DNA from: Escherichia phage pO91
Sequence record: OR204650.1
Strand: one strand, 5' to 3'
DNA: 39,650 bases
Below, one piece after another: positions 26,664-36,511 of this stretch. The position numbers were made by a program, and so were the translations under genes. Under the pieces are notes generated by a model. The model worked only from the letters and a program-made list of their open reading frames with translations. It was not told the DNA's origin and searched no databases. The stretch's first letter is position 1. Each line of letters opens with the position of its first letter.

Positions 26664-28946
26664 ATGGCTAGTAATATTGAATCAGCTCTGGCTAATCGGA
26701 CTATGGGTCGTGGCAGAGCGCCGGGTAAAACTATCGCCGTCAACTATCAAGCAGCAAACGTTCAGGCTCCCACTGGGGACTCCGGGCTGGCTCGTGCATT
26801 AACTAACTTCGTTGAGTCTGGGACAGGATTGTACAAGCAGTTCAAGGACGATGAGAAGACAAGAGCCGACGAGCGGTCTAACGAGATTATCCGTAAGCTG
26901 ACACCTCAGCAAAGACGTGAGGCTATCCAGAACGGCACATTGCTGTATCAGGATGACCCTTACGCTATGGAAGCACTTCGAGTCAAGACTGGTCGTAACG
27001 CTGCCTTTGCGGTGGATGACGAGATTAACGTTAAGATTCAGAACGGTGAGTTCCGTACACGTCAGGACATGGAAGAGTATCGCCACCAGCGACTTCAAGA
27101 CGCAGCTAAGTCCTATGCTGAAGAGGCGGGTATTAACCCTACCGACGAGTTCTTCCAGCGTGGATTCAACGATAACATCACGGACCGAAACATCGCTATC
27201 TACGGGTCATTCAATAAGTATTTCAGCAAGCAGTCTGAAGAGACAGCAATGTTGAACACTCGTATTGAGATGAACTCGTTCCTTAACGATGGGGACCTGA
27301 TGCGTTCGCCTGAGTCTGGAAAGACCTTCATGGCCTACCTTCGGGATGGACTGACGACTGCTGCTATACCTTCGGACCAGAGAGCACGAGAGGTCATCAC
27401 CCAGACGGTCCGTGACGCAATCCAGAAGTCAGGAGGCTCAAACTTCCTACAGCAAGTCCGTGGCGAGCGTATCACCCTTAATGGTGTTGACGCTACCATC
27501 GAAGAGATTGTAGGACCTGACGTCTTCAATGCTGCTATGGTTGAGGCCCAAGGTACTGAGTATAAACTGGTGGCTAAGTATCAGGAAGACTTGGCGTTAG
27601 GCGTTCAGTCTGCGATTCTTCAGGATGACCCAACCATCGGTCTGGCCCAGATTCAAAAACTCAAGGAGCAGAACAACCAGCTTCAACCCGGCGAAGAACT
27701 CACTCCTCAGCGACAGATGCTTATTAACGCCGAAGCCACACTACTGGAAGCGGTAAAGCGTAAGTCTGCTGAACAGGCGAAGGAGAACACGAAGTTAATC
27801 CAGACACAGAACAAGCAACTGGTCATTGACCAAGTTTATCAGCGACGTCTTGCTGGGGACAACGTGTCCACCAACTATGAGGACCTTCCGGTCTCTGAAG
27901 CCACAGGAGAGTTCAAGCGTTCAGACATGAACAACTATGCGTCTGCCAAGCTACAGCAGATTGACCAGATGGACATCCCTGAGGCTGCTAAGGACGCTCA
28001 GAAGGTGGCATTGTTAAGAGCTGACACTAACAACGGTCCGTTCCGTAATGCCTTCCAGACGCTTACTCAGGACGCTGCTGGTGAGTGGCAAGCTGCGGTC
28101 ATCCGTGGACAGTACGACCCAAACAAGATGCAACGCTTCGAGTCTCTTCGTCGTTCCTACACTCAGGACCCTTCAAGTTTCGCTGCTCTGTATCCTGACC
28201 AAGCTCAGTTGTTCTCTACGTTCGACCAGATGGACAAGATGGGTCTGGACCCTCAGACGATGATTGAAGCTGATAAGCAAGCTGCAAGTCAAAGCCGTGA
28301 GATGCGCATGGAGTCAGACAAGGCGTGGCAGGAGTTGAAGAACGACTCCAAGAACACCCAGTTGTCTCGCCTCCCAACGTCTCTGGACTCAAGTGCTCGT
28401 AAGGTCTGGGACTCATGGTACTATCGTACAGGTAACGCTGACGCTGCAACGCAGCAGACTCAACGCTGGCTGAATGAGAACACCGTAACGTTCCAGTCTG
28501 AAGGTTCTGACGGTAAGTCCATCGGCATGGTGTCCAAGCACCAGCTTATGGTCGGGGATAACCCAGAGTCGTGGCAGGTTGGTCGAGACATTATCGACAC
28601 CGCTCGTAAGCAGCTCATTAAGGCCAACCCTTGGGTAGTGAACTCTCAGTTGTCCGTTGTTGAACAGAACGGCTCTATCTTCCTCCAAGACGCTACAGGG
28701 ACTATTCGTATTCGCTACGATAAAGAACTTGTAGGTAAACTCTACCGCGAACAACAGCAGAAGGCACAAGATGCCGCATACGCTCAGGCAGAACGTGACG
28801 CTAACAAGCGAGCGCGTATCGTCGAGACTAAAGCTGCTGGTGACAAACGTCGAGCTGACCGAGAGGCCAACATCGAGAAGCGCGGTGGGATGTACAATGA
28901 CGTCTCACTGGAGGGTATCGCAAACACCTTAATTGGTAAGGAGTAA
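26664..28946 (+). CDS. Internal virion protein (T7 gene 15 homolog)
   Basis: 760 aa versus about 747 in T7; AGGAGGA RBS; called on size, synteny and general similarity. Confidence 0.85.
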   Translation: MASNIESALANRTMGRGRAPGKTIAVNYQAANVQAPTGDSGLARALTNFVESGTGLYKQFKDDEKTRADERSNEIIRKLTPQQRREAIQNGTLLYQDDPYAMEALRVKTGRNAAFAVDDEINVKIQNGEFRTRQDMEEYRHQRLQDAAKSYAEEAGINPTDEFFQRGFNDNITDRNIAIYGSFNKYFSKQSEETAMLNTRIEMNSFLNDGDLMRSPESGKTFMAYLRDGLTTAAIPSDQRAREVITQTVRDAIQKSGGSNFLQQVRGERITLNGVDATIEEIVGPDVFNAAMVEAQGTEYKLVAKYQEDLALGVQSAILQDDPTIGLAQIQKLKEQNNQLQPGEELTPQRQMLINAEATLLEAVKRKSAEQAKENTKLIQTQNKQLVIDQVYQRRLAGDNVSTNYEDLPVSEATGEFKRSDMNNYASAKLQQIDQMDIPEAAKDAQKVALLRADTNNGPFRNAFQTLTQDAAGEWQAAVIRGQYDPNKMQRFESLRRSYTQDPSSFAALYPDQAQLFSTFDQMDKMGLDPQTMIEADKQAASQSREMRMESDKAWQELKNDSKNTQLSRLPTSLDSSARKVWDSWYYRTGNADAATQQTQRWLNENTVTFQSEGSDGKSIGMVSKHQLMVGDNPESWQVGRDIIDTARKQLIKANPWVVNSQLSVVEQNGSIFLQDATGTIRIRYDKELVGKLYREQQQKAQDAAYAQAERDANKRARIVETKAAGDKRRADREANIEKRGGMYNDVSLEGIANTLIGKE

Positions 28947-28950
28947 CATA

Positions 28951-31900
28951 ATGGCGACTCGTGGTATTCGCAATAATAATCTGGGTAACCTCCGGGTAAG
29001 TAAGGACCAATGGGAAGGTGCTGTGGGCGATGATGGTGCATTCGTTATCTTCGATAGTCCTGAATCAGGAGTAAGAGCATTAGCGAAAAACCTTCAAAGC
29101 TACGGTCGCCAAGGTTATGACTCCATCGAGAAGATTATCAACCGATGGGCACCTCCTAACGAGAACGACACTCAGTCTTATATTAACTCAGTGGTGGCTG
29201 CGACTGGTATTCCAGCTACCCAGAGTCTCGACCTATCGGACCCTGACACCCTGTCTTCTCTGGCTCAAGCTATCGGCTTCCATGAGACAGGCTCCCGGTA
29301 CGACCCTGAAGTCTATCAGAAGGGAGTCGCACGAGCACTCAATGGCATTAGCCCAAAGACTCCACCAGTAAGCGCTAACGTATTTGACGCACTCACGGAA
29401 GGACTCAAGGCTAAACCTAACGTAGCTCTGGGTGAGAACCTTCCGACCGCTGCTGGTCTGAACATTGAGGGTCAAACACCTGAAGCTCCCAACGAATCGT
29501 TCGGCGAGATGTTCTATAAGGCTACTGGAGAGACCATGCAGGAACGAGAGGACCGCTCTACGTGGTTCGGTTTCGGTGCGGCTACAGAAGCTGAAGTGAA
29601 GAACTCTATGGGCGGCGTGGCTATCCGCGCTGGTCAGACCGAGGACTCACTTGATGTCATTGGCGATGTGTTTAACCCGACCCGCTGGAATAACCATAAG
29701 TGGACTCGTGAGGAGCTTGACCAGATTCGCAACGCTGGGGTTCTTCCTCAGTATTACGGGGTCATTACTGGAGGCTCTCCTCAGAACCTGACCGAGCTTA
29801 TTAACTTGGCGCTTGAGAACCAGAAGTTGGACCAAGAGAAGGCCAAGGCTGGGACTGGTGCTCAGCTAGCCGCTGGTGTTATTGGTGCTGGCGTGGACCC
29901 TCTGACATACGTTCCTATTGCTGGACAGGTGTGGAAAGGAGGTAAACTGGTCAACAAGATGTTCACCGTGGCAGCTCAATCTGGAGCACTGGCTGGTGTG
30001 TCTGAGAGGGCCCGTACCTCAGTGGCTGGTGGTGATGCTCATGTGGCTGAAGCTATCCTTGGTGGTGCTCTCTTCGGTGGTGGTATGACGGCTATCGCTG
30101 ACGGACTAGGCAGAGCCTTAGGTCGTAACACTAACGAGTTCGCTGGCCCAGCTACACGTCTGGAAGCCCGTGAGACTGCACGTAATGTTGATGGTCAGGA
30201 CCTGTCGCGTATGCCAATCCGTGAAGGAGAGGAGACCTTTAGTCACCAAGGCGTTAAGTTCGCTGACGTGCCGAATGAGCCGGGAAGTGTACGATTAGAA
30301 GACGGTTCAATCCTGATTGGTGAGAACCCTCTGAATCCTAAGACACGTCAAGTCTTTGACGAAGTGATTGAGCCGGAACGTGCCGCTGCTGGCGTGAACC
30401 TTGGTGGACTTACCGAGATTGGGCTGAAGCTGCTTCGGTCTGAGAACCCTGAGATTCGTGGAGTAGCTGCTGACTTAGTGCGTTCACCGACTGGTATGCA
30501 GTCTGGGGCCTCAGGTAAAATCGGGACCACTGCATCTGACGTATTCGAGAGACTTCGTGCTGTAGATCATCGGTTCTACAACGACATCGACGATGCTGTT
30601 ACTGAGGCGCTCAAGGACCCATACTTCCAGACAGCATTCTGGCGAGACTCTGGCGCATTCCGTCAAGACGTCTATCAGCGTGTGTCTATGGCTATCGAAG
30701 ATGGTAGTGGGAACCTGAAGGCTGAACTAACTCCGGGAGAGCTGAAAGTATATGACCTGCTGAAGAACCAGTTTGACGCCAAGCGTGAGATGATGGAGAA
30801 CCCGTCTATGTTTGGTCGTCCAGACGCTAAGTCTATCTTTCCGGGTAGCCGCTTCAAGGGAACCTACGTCCCGCATGTGTATAGCAACCAGATGAAGGAG
30901 CTGTACATCAAGGAGCTTGGGAGTCCAGAGGCGTTGCAGGAGGCAATCAAGAAGTCATGGCTTACCAGCTATGCGTCTCGACCTGAAGTAAAGAAACGTG
31001 TGGACGAGGCACTATTAGAGGCTGACCCTACGTTGACTCCAGAAGGACTTGCGGCTGCGGTCGATAAGTACGCCAACGATAAGGCTTACGGTATCTCTCA
31101 CACGGAGCAGTTCGAGCGTTCATCCGTAATGGAAGAGAACATCAACGGTCTGGTAGGTCTGGAGAACAACAGCTTCCTTGAGGCGCGCAACCTGTTCGAT
31201 AGCGATATGTCAATCGTCCTGCCTAACGGTCAGACCTTCAGTGTCAATAACCTACGTGAGTGGGACATGGACAAGATTGTCCCGGCCTACAACCGTCGAG
31301 TTAACGGCGACATTGCTATCATGGCTGGTACAGGAAAGACCACGAAGGACATGAAGGACTTGGTTGAGACCCTGATGAACAAAGCCGGTGATGACGGAAA
31401 GTTGAAAGGTGAGGTATCTACCTTACGTGACACCTTGAAGATTCTCACTGGTCGTGCTCGACGTGATGGTGCTGATGATGCAGCCTTCAATACCGTTCTG
31501 CGCACAATGACAGACCTATCGTTCTTCGCTAAGAATGCCTACATGGGTGTTCAGAACTTAACGGAGATTGGTGGTATGCTGGCTCGCGGTAACGTTCGTG
31601 CAATGCTTCATGGAGTCCCGATGTTCCGTGACCTAGCCTTCCGTAACAAGAAGGTCGGAGCCTCAGAGATTAAGGACCTTCACAATGTTCTCTTCGGTAA
31701 GGAACTGGACGACTCAATCCGTCCGTCTAAACAGGATGTCATTGACCGTCTGCGCTCCTACAGCGACCTCGGTCGTGGTACGGCTACAGCTCTGGGGACT
31801 GCCAAGTATTACACCGGTGAACTTGCAGTACGCTCTCCTTTAACTAAAGTCCTCAACGGTACGACAAACTACCTGTTAGATGCTGGACGTCAAGGCTTCC

Positions 31901-32838
31901 TGTCTGACATCGTGGAGCATAGTCTGACTGGCAGTAAGCGTAAGTTCGATGACCGCTGGCTGAAGACCGCTGGTATCTCTGACGAGCAGTGGAAGGGTAT
32001 TAAGTCCCTAATCCGTGAGTCAGTGACTCGTGGTCCAGACGGGAAGTATACCATCAAGGATAAGAAGGCGTTCAGTCAGGACCCAAGGGCTATGGACCTG
32101 TGGCGTATGGGTGACACCATCGCTGACGAGACATTGCTTCGTCCACACAAGCTGAGTAACATGGACGCCAAGGCTTATGGCCCTCTGGCTAAGACTGTCC
32201 TTCAGTTTAAGAACTTCGTCATCAAGTCCATCAATGGGCGTACCATGCGAACCTTCTATAACGCCACGAAGAACAACCGAGCGATGGATGCTGCTCTGTC
32301 CACTGTGATGTCTATGGGTCTTGCTGGTATCTACTACATGGCTCAGGCACACATCAAGGCTTACGCTATGCAGGATGGTCGTGACCGTGACTACCTCAAG
32401 CAAGCTCTGGACCCGACGATGATCGGATATGCGGCTCTGTCCCGTAGTTCACATCTCGGTGGACCACTTGGTGTAGCTAACATTCTGGGTGGTATCGCTG
32501 GGTACGAGGACACTAAGATGCTCCGTTCATCTATCCTACCTCGTTCACCTACAGAGAAGCCTGAACGTGCCATCGCGTATGGTGCAGCTACAAGTGACCC
32601 TGTGATGAATATTGTTGGTAACTTCTTGGAGCAGGTTCCAGCTTTCGGATATGCTGCTAACGTTGGCGCTTCGGCTTACAACTTGGCTGGCTACCTAAAG
32701 GCCGATACTCGTGTCAACGAGCGTGACTACATGACCGGGATGTATAATACGTTCCGTGAACTGGTTCCGAACGACCCCATTACCCAGAAGCTGTTACTTG
32801 GAACGTTTGAGGAGCAAGGCATCCACATCAAGGACTAA
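28951..32838 (+). CDS. Internal virion protein (T7 gene 16 homolog) with a non-T7 N-terminal module
   Basis: From about residue 185 collinear with recalled T7 gp16 (STWFGF, PTRWN, VAGGDA, RLEARETARN, DLVRSPTGMQSGASGK, GTYVPHVY, ILTGRARR, LDPTMI); first ~180 aa lack SLT motifs; ATG 28951 after AAGGAG. Confidence 0.92.
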   Translation: MATRGIRNNNLGNLRVSKDQWEGAVGDDGAFVIFDSPESGVRALAKNLQSYGRQGYDSIEKIINRWAPPNENDTQSYINSVVAATGIPATQSLDLSDPDTLSSLAQAIGFHETGSRYDPEVYQKGVARALNGISPKTPPVSANVFDALTEGLKAKPNVALGENLPTAAGLNIEGQTPEAPNESFGEMFYKATGETMQEREDRSTWFGFGAATEAEVKNSMGGVAIRAGQTEDSLDVIGDVFNPTRWNNHKWTREELDQIRNAGVLPQYYGVITGGSPQNLTELINLALENQKLDQEKAKAGTGAQLAAGVIGAGVDPLTYVPIAGQVWKGGKLVNKMFTVAAQSGALAGVSERARTSVAGGDAHVAEAILGGALFGGGMTAIADGLGRALGRNTNEFAGPATRLEARETARNVDGQDLSRMPIREGEETFSHQGVKFADVPNEPGSVRLEDGSILIGENPLNPKTRQVFDEVIEPERAAAGVNLGGLTEIGLKLLRSENPEIRGVAADLVRSPTGMQSGASGKIGTTASDVFERLRAVDHRFYNDIDDAVTEALKDPYFQTAFWRDSGAFRQDVYQRVSMAIEDGSGNLKAELTPGELKVYDLLKNQFDAKREMMENPSMFGRPDAKSIFPGSRFKGTYVPHVYSNQMKELYIKELGSPEALQEAIKKSWLTSYASRPEVKKRVDEALLEADPTLTPEGLAAAVDKYANDKAYGISHTEQFERSSVMEENINGLVGLENNSFLEARNLFDSDMSIVLPNGQTFSVNNLREWDMDKIVPAYNRRVNGDIAIMAGTGKTTKDMKDLVETLMNKAGDDGKLKGEVSTLRDTLKILTGRARRDGADDAAFNTVLRTMTDLSFFAKNAYMGVQNLTEIGGMLARGNVRAMLHGVPMFRDLAFRNKKVGASEIKDLHNVLFGKELDDSIRPSKQDVIDRLRSYSDLGRGTATALGTAKYYTGELAVRSPLTKVLNGTTNYLLDAGRQGFLSDIVEHSLTGSKRKFDDRWLKTAGISDEQWKGIKSLIRESVTRGPDGKYTIKDKKAFSQDPRAMDLWRMGDTIADETLLRPHKLSNMDAKAYGPLAKTVLQFKNFVIKSINGRTMRTFYNATKNNRAMDAALSTVMSMGLAGIYYMAQAHIKAYAMQDGRDRDYLKQALDPTMIGYAALSRSSHLGGPLGVANILGGIAGYEDTKMLRSSILPRSPTEKPERAIAYGAATSDPVMNIVGNFLEQVPAFGYAANVGASAYNLAGYLKADTRVNERDYMTGMYNTFRELVPNDPITQKLLLGTFEEQGIHIKD

Positions 32839-32856
32839 ACTATCACTATAGGAAAC
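32834..32856 (+). promoter_or_regulatory. Phage RNAP promoter (phi17-like)
   Basis: ACTAAACTATCACTATAGGAAAC; followed by leader hairpin AAACGGGAG...CTCCGTTT. Confidence 0.8.
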
Positions 32857-32902
32857 GGGAGGCGCTACCATAGGTCTCCGTTTAAATCACAAAGGAGGCA
32901 TA

Positions 32903-35023
32903 ATGTCCACGATTACACAATTCCCTTCAGGAAACACTCAGTACAGGATTGAGTTCGACTACCTAGCCAGAACGTTTGTTGTTGTTACGCTGGTGAATAG
33001 CTCTAACCCTACCCTGAACCGTGTACTGGAAGTTGGTCGAGATTACCGATTCCTTAATCCAACGATGATTGAGATGTTGGTTGACCAATCAGGTTTCGAC
33101 ATCGTTCGTATTCACCGTCAGACTGGAACTGACTTAGTGGTAGACTTCAGGAATGGCTCAGTGTTGACAGCTAGTGACCTGACCAATGCAGAGCTTCAGG
33201 CTATCCATATTGCAGAAGAAGGTCGAGACCAAACTGTTGACTTAGCGAAGGAATATGCCGATGCTGCTGGTAGCTCTGCTGGCAACGCTAAGGATAGCGA
33301 GGACGAAGCACGACGAATCGCTGCTACTATCAAGGCAGCTAGTCTAGTTGGTTATATTACCCGTCGCTCCTTCGAGAAAGGCTTCAACGTTACAACATGG
33401 AACGAGGCCCTGCTATGGGAAGAGGATGGTGATTATTACCGCTGGGATGGTACGCTTCCAAAGAACGTTCCTGCTGGTTCAACTCCTGAAACGTCTGGTG
33501 GCATTGGGTTAGGCGCGTGGGTTAGTGTCGGCGATGCTACATTGCGCAATCAAATATCTGACCCTGACGGTGCCACTAAGTACCCAGCGTTACAAATTGC
33601 GCGTTGGCGTGATGAAGGAGATGTGCGCGGTTGGGGTGCTGGTGAAGAAGGTTTTAACGCCGCGATGTCTGCTATTAGCTCATCAGGAGGTGGGACGTTA
33701 TTTGTAAACGAGGATATTCTTTTCACTTCGTTACCTATTAACCACCTACCAAAAGTTACAGTCCACTGGAACGCTAAGGCAATTGTGCAGACCGGACTTA
33801 CATCGACTTACGCCTACATCATGGACGGTGGCGCCGATACTCCATCTTATGATAATACCGACCACTTTACGCTAGCTAACAAAACTAACTGTTACGGCTT
33901 GCGTTTAGAGGCGCAGGATTACACTGTCGGGATCAATGCCATTGGTGTATGTGTTAGGCATTGCTACGGGTGGACTTACGAAGGGGGAGCCATTATCGGA
34001 TTTAATAATGGAGGTTTCTACGAGACTAACAACTACGAAGGAAAAGCCAGCAAGTTCACTCTAGTTGTAGCCAATACAAGACTTGATAACTCCGTGGGGT
34101 TTGAAAGTAATTCAACTGACAGTTGGTTTAGTGAAATTTCGCCAGTAGGTTATTCAATCGGTGGAAAGTTTAATAAGAGTGGTAACTCTCTAGATAAATT
34201 TCATCCATGGGGAAACACTGTTGATAATCGCGTAGGCGTGATGGGGAAGATGAATGTTGGTATCGTAATTACAGAGAATGGAGGTTTTTCTACATATTCA
34301 AATATTATTCTTGATACTCCAGTAAGGAAAAACACCAATAATGTCCCATCTAGAAGTAATGGTGGGGTTGGTGTAATTTGTGATGCATGGGACTGCGTTC
34401 TTGATGGGATTCTTGTATTACCGTCCAAACATGACACAGTAGCAAAAAGTACCTTACCAATGATCACCACTACGCAAAGATCAACAATAAAAGATTTTCA
34501 GGTTTCGGGTGAGCAGTATGTAACAGACATATGGATTTCATTTGAAAACAATTCAGGGATAGCCAGGAATCACGTTTCAGGTTATGGGTATGCTGAAAAA
34601 ATGCGTACAGGAATGACCTTTGGGCCTAATTCTGGAGCTGCCCTTGCAAGTGCTGGGGGTGTAACGATGTCGAGCCAAACTCTGACCTCTGGAATATGGA
34701 ACAACACATTAAGTTTTTCCATAGCTACAACAGTAACAGCTATACCGTCAGCAACAGGTGATGTAATTGTTAATATATCTCCTGTTTATGGCATTAAATC
34801 TGGATTCGGAGGTACTGTTAAGGGTGGTATGTTTGCATTCTTCTATGCTACCGCTAACTCCTCCAAACAATTGTACGATGTGTCCATAGAAGTTACAGCA
34901 GACAACACAGCTAAGTTTCTGCTAACGTTTATCGACGGCACGACACGGTACGCACGATGGACAGATGTATCTAACGGTTCATCAAGAAGCATAAGCATAT
35001 CAGGAGTCCTTAATATAAAATAA
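32903..35023 (+). CDS. Tail fibre / tailspike protein (T7 gene 17 homolog N-terminus, divergent C-terminal receptor-binding module)
   Basis: N-terminal ~150 aa (FDYLARTFVVVTL, DYRF, DFRNGSVLTASDL, AEEGRD) match the recalled T7 gp17 adaptor domain; the remainder is unrelated to T7 and the last ~1 kb is visibly AT-rich. Confidence 0.9.
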   Translation: MSTITQFPSGNTQYRIEFDYLARTFVVVTLVNSSNPTLNRVLEVGRDYRFLNPTMIEMLVDQSGFDIVRIHRQTGTDLVVDFRNGSVLTASDLTNAELQAIHIAEEGRDQTVDLAKEYADAAGSSAGNAKDSEDEARRIAATIKAASLVGYITRRSFEKGFNVTTWNEALLWEEDGDYYRWDGTLPKNVPAGSTPETSGGIGLGAWVSVGDATLRNQISDPDGATKYPALQIARWRDEGDVRGWGAGEEGFNAAMSAISSSGGGTLFVNEDILFTSLPINHLPKVTVHWNAKAIVQTGLTSTYAYIMDGGADTPSYDNTDHFTLANKTNCYGLRLEAQDYTVGINAIGVCVRHCYGWTYEGGAIIGFNNGGFYETNNYEGKASKFTLVVANTRLDNSVGFESNSTDSWFSEISPVGYSIGGKFNKSGNSLDKFHPWGNTVDNRVGVMGKMNVGIVITENGGFSTYSNIILDTPVRKNTNNVPSRSNGGVGVICDAWDCVLDGILVLPSKHDTVAKSTLPMITTTQRSTIKDFQVSGEQYVTDIWISFENNSGIARNHVSGYGYAEKMRTGMTFGPNSGAALASAGGVTMSSQTLTSGIWNNTLSFSIATTVTAIPSATGDVIVNISPVYGIKSGFGGTVKGGMFAFFYATANSSKQLYDVSIEVTADNTAKFLLTFIDGTTRYARWTDVSNGSSRSISISGVLNIK

Positions 35024-35141
35024 ATAACCCCGCCGAACCGGGTAGAGGGTCGAAGGTTGTGGAGGTAGAGGCTAACTGCACGCTGACCAACGTATGTAAC
35101 AACTTTGGGTCACGGACGACCCGCTTTAAACTGGAGGTTTT

Positions 35142-35336
35142 ATGATTGAGTTAGACTTCAAGAATGAGGTCCTTAAAGCCTCTCCTATCGTCGGGACCGC
35201 TGCGGCTGATGGTGCCAGTCGGTTCTTCTTCGGACTTACACTGAACGAATGGTTCTACGTTGCAGTTATCGCGTACACCGTTGTCCAGATTGGTGTGCTA
35301 GTCTACAAAACGATTAAAGGAGGTGGTAAAACATGA
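35142..35336 (+). CDS. Holin (T7 gene 17.5 homolog)
   Basis: LDFKNEVLKASPIVGT..AD...RFFFGLTLNEWFYVAVIAYTVVQIG matches recalled T7 gp17.5. Confidence 0.92.
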   Translation: MIELDFKNEVLKASPIVGTAAADGASRFFFGLTLNEWFYVAVIAYTVVQIGVLVYKTIKGGGKT

Positions 35337-35596
35337 CGCAGATGGACTTAGAGAAGTTCCTCTTAATGCTAGATACTGAACGTGCTCGACTCATGTTGCA
35401 AGACTTACGTGACGACTCTAAGCGTTCACCTCAGCTTTACAACGCCATTGAGAAGCTACTGGCTCGTCACAACTTTGTGTTAAGCAAGGTGTCTGTGGAC
35501 GAGAAGACGCTGGCTGATATGGAGGCCCTGAACGCAGAGTACGATAAGGTGCTTTCAGCGACTGAGGATAATGACACCGGGTATGGTGTTCAATAA
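35333..35596 (+). CDS. Terminase small subunit (T7 gene 18 homolog)
   Basis: FLLMLDT, RSPQLYNAIEKLLARH match recalled T7 gp18. Confidence 0.88.
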   Translation: MTQMDLEKFLLMLDTERARLMLQDLRDDSKRSPQLYNAIEKLLARHNFVLSKVSVDEKTLADMEALNAEYDKVLSATEDNDTGYGVQ

Positions 35597-35599
35597 GTG

Positions 35600-35646
35600 T
35601 TAGACTCAAGGTCATTACTATATGTAGTGGCCTTTATGGTTAACAC
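35600..35646 (+). promoter_or_regulatory. Conserved hairpin element, copy 3 (putative RNase III site, R18.5-like position)
   Basis: TAGACTCAAGGTCA...TGGCCTTTATGGTTAAC; stem AAGGTCA/TGGCCTT at 35608-35614 and 35628-35634. Confidence 0.5.
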
Positions 35647-35697
35647 TAACTAGTGGAGGCGACTCTACGTGAAATCTGATAAACCGGGAGGGCATCT

Positions 35698-36135
35698 ATG
35701 CTCGAATTTTTAAAGAGAGCGGCTCCGTGGTTACTTGCAGCAGTGATGTTTGCTGGTGGCTACCACACCGCTAACAATAAGTGGGAGGCTAAGGTCAATG
35801 CAGAATACACCTCGAATCTTAAGGCATCGGAAGATACAAGGCTTGCTGTCCAAGCTGAAGTCAACAAAGTGTCCAGACGGTTTCAGGACGAAATGTCCTC
35901 GCTGGAAGGCAGCACTGATAGGATTATTGCTGACCTTCAGTCTGACAATAAGCGGTTGCGCGTCAAAGTCAACACCTCAGGTCTCACCGAGTCCGATATC
36001 AGTCGATGCTTCCCTAATGGTAGAGTCGAATTACACGAGTCAACTTCTAGAAGTCTTATCGAAATAACCCAGAAGGCAGACTTAAAGGAGAAGGCTTTAC
36101 AGGATACCATAAGGAGGTTGCAGGGTGCTAAGTGA
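35698..36135 (+). CDS. Rz-like i-spanin (T7 gene 18.5 homolog)
   Basis: MLEFLKRAAPWLLA, LEGSTDRIIADLQSDNKRLRVKV, LQDTIRRLQ match recalled T7 gp18.5. Confidence 0.92.
   Translation: MLEFLKRAAPWLLAAVMFAGGYHTANNKWEAKVNAEYTSNLKASEDTRLAVQAEVNKVSRRFQDEMSSLEGSTDRIIADLQSDNKRLRVKVNTSGLTESDISRCFPNGRVELHESTSRSLIEITQKADLKEKALQDTIRRLQGAK
35798..36067 (+). CDS. Rz1-like o-spanin lipoprotein embedded in the +1 frame of Rz (T7 gene 18.7 homolog)
   Basis: PRWKAALIGLLLTFSLTISGCAS lipobox and SVDASLMVE match recalled T7 Rz1; GGAGG 9 nt before ATG 35798; wholly inside the Rz gene. Confidence 0.85.
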   Translation: MQNTPRILRHRKIQGLLSKLKSTKCPDGFRTKCPRWKAALIGLLLTFSLTISGCASKSTPQVSPSPISVDASLMVESNYTSQLLEVLSK

Positions 36136-36511
36136 TTTAGTATATGAAGACGGGAAGCTGCTTAAAGGTGGGAAGGAGGTGGGTCACATCTCTAACCACG
36201 GCTACAGGCGCTTCAAGATAAACGGAAAGAACTATTTGGTCCACCGCTTGATTTACAAGATGCACAATCCTGAGTTCGACATTCTATCTGAACTGGTTGT
36301 GGACCACATCAACCGCAACCGTCTGGACAACATGATTGAGAACCTAAGGGCTGTGACCACGGCGGAGAATAACAGGAACCACGCTCCACCACTAGGTGTA
36401 TCATTCTGTAAACAGACTGGTAAATGGAAGGCGATTCATCCCCGGTGGCTTGGACGTTTTGATACAAAAGAGGAGGCCCTTAATGCAGTCAACGCCGCAA
36501 GACAGGAATAA
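36125..36511 (+). CDS. HNH_3-type homing endonuclease with AP2-like DNA-binding domain (paralog B1)
   Basis: [30 protein letters not shown] core followed by [28 protein letters not shown]; between Rz and large terminase; start uncertain (GTG 36125 or GTG 36178 after GGAAGGAGG). Confidence 0.8.
   Translation: MLSDLVYEDGKLLKGGKEVGHISNHGYRRFKINGKNYLVHRLIYKMHNPEFDILSELVVDHINRNRLDNMIENLRAVTTAENNRNHAPPLGVSFCKQTGKWKAIHPRWLGRFDTKEEALNAVNAARQE

Noticed and set aside
36396-36482. Upstream extension of the large terminase ORF in the track ([11 protein letters not shown]...)
   Set aside because: The extension lies inside the preceding HNH gene and has no RBS; ATG 36483 follows AGGAGG and gives a protein collinear with and the same length as T7 gp19.
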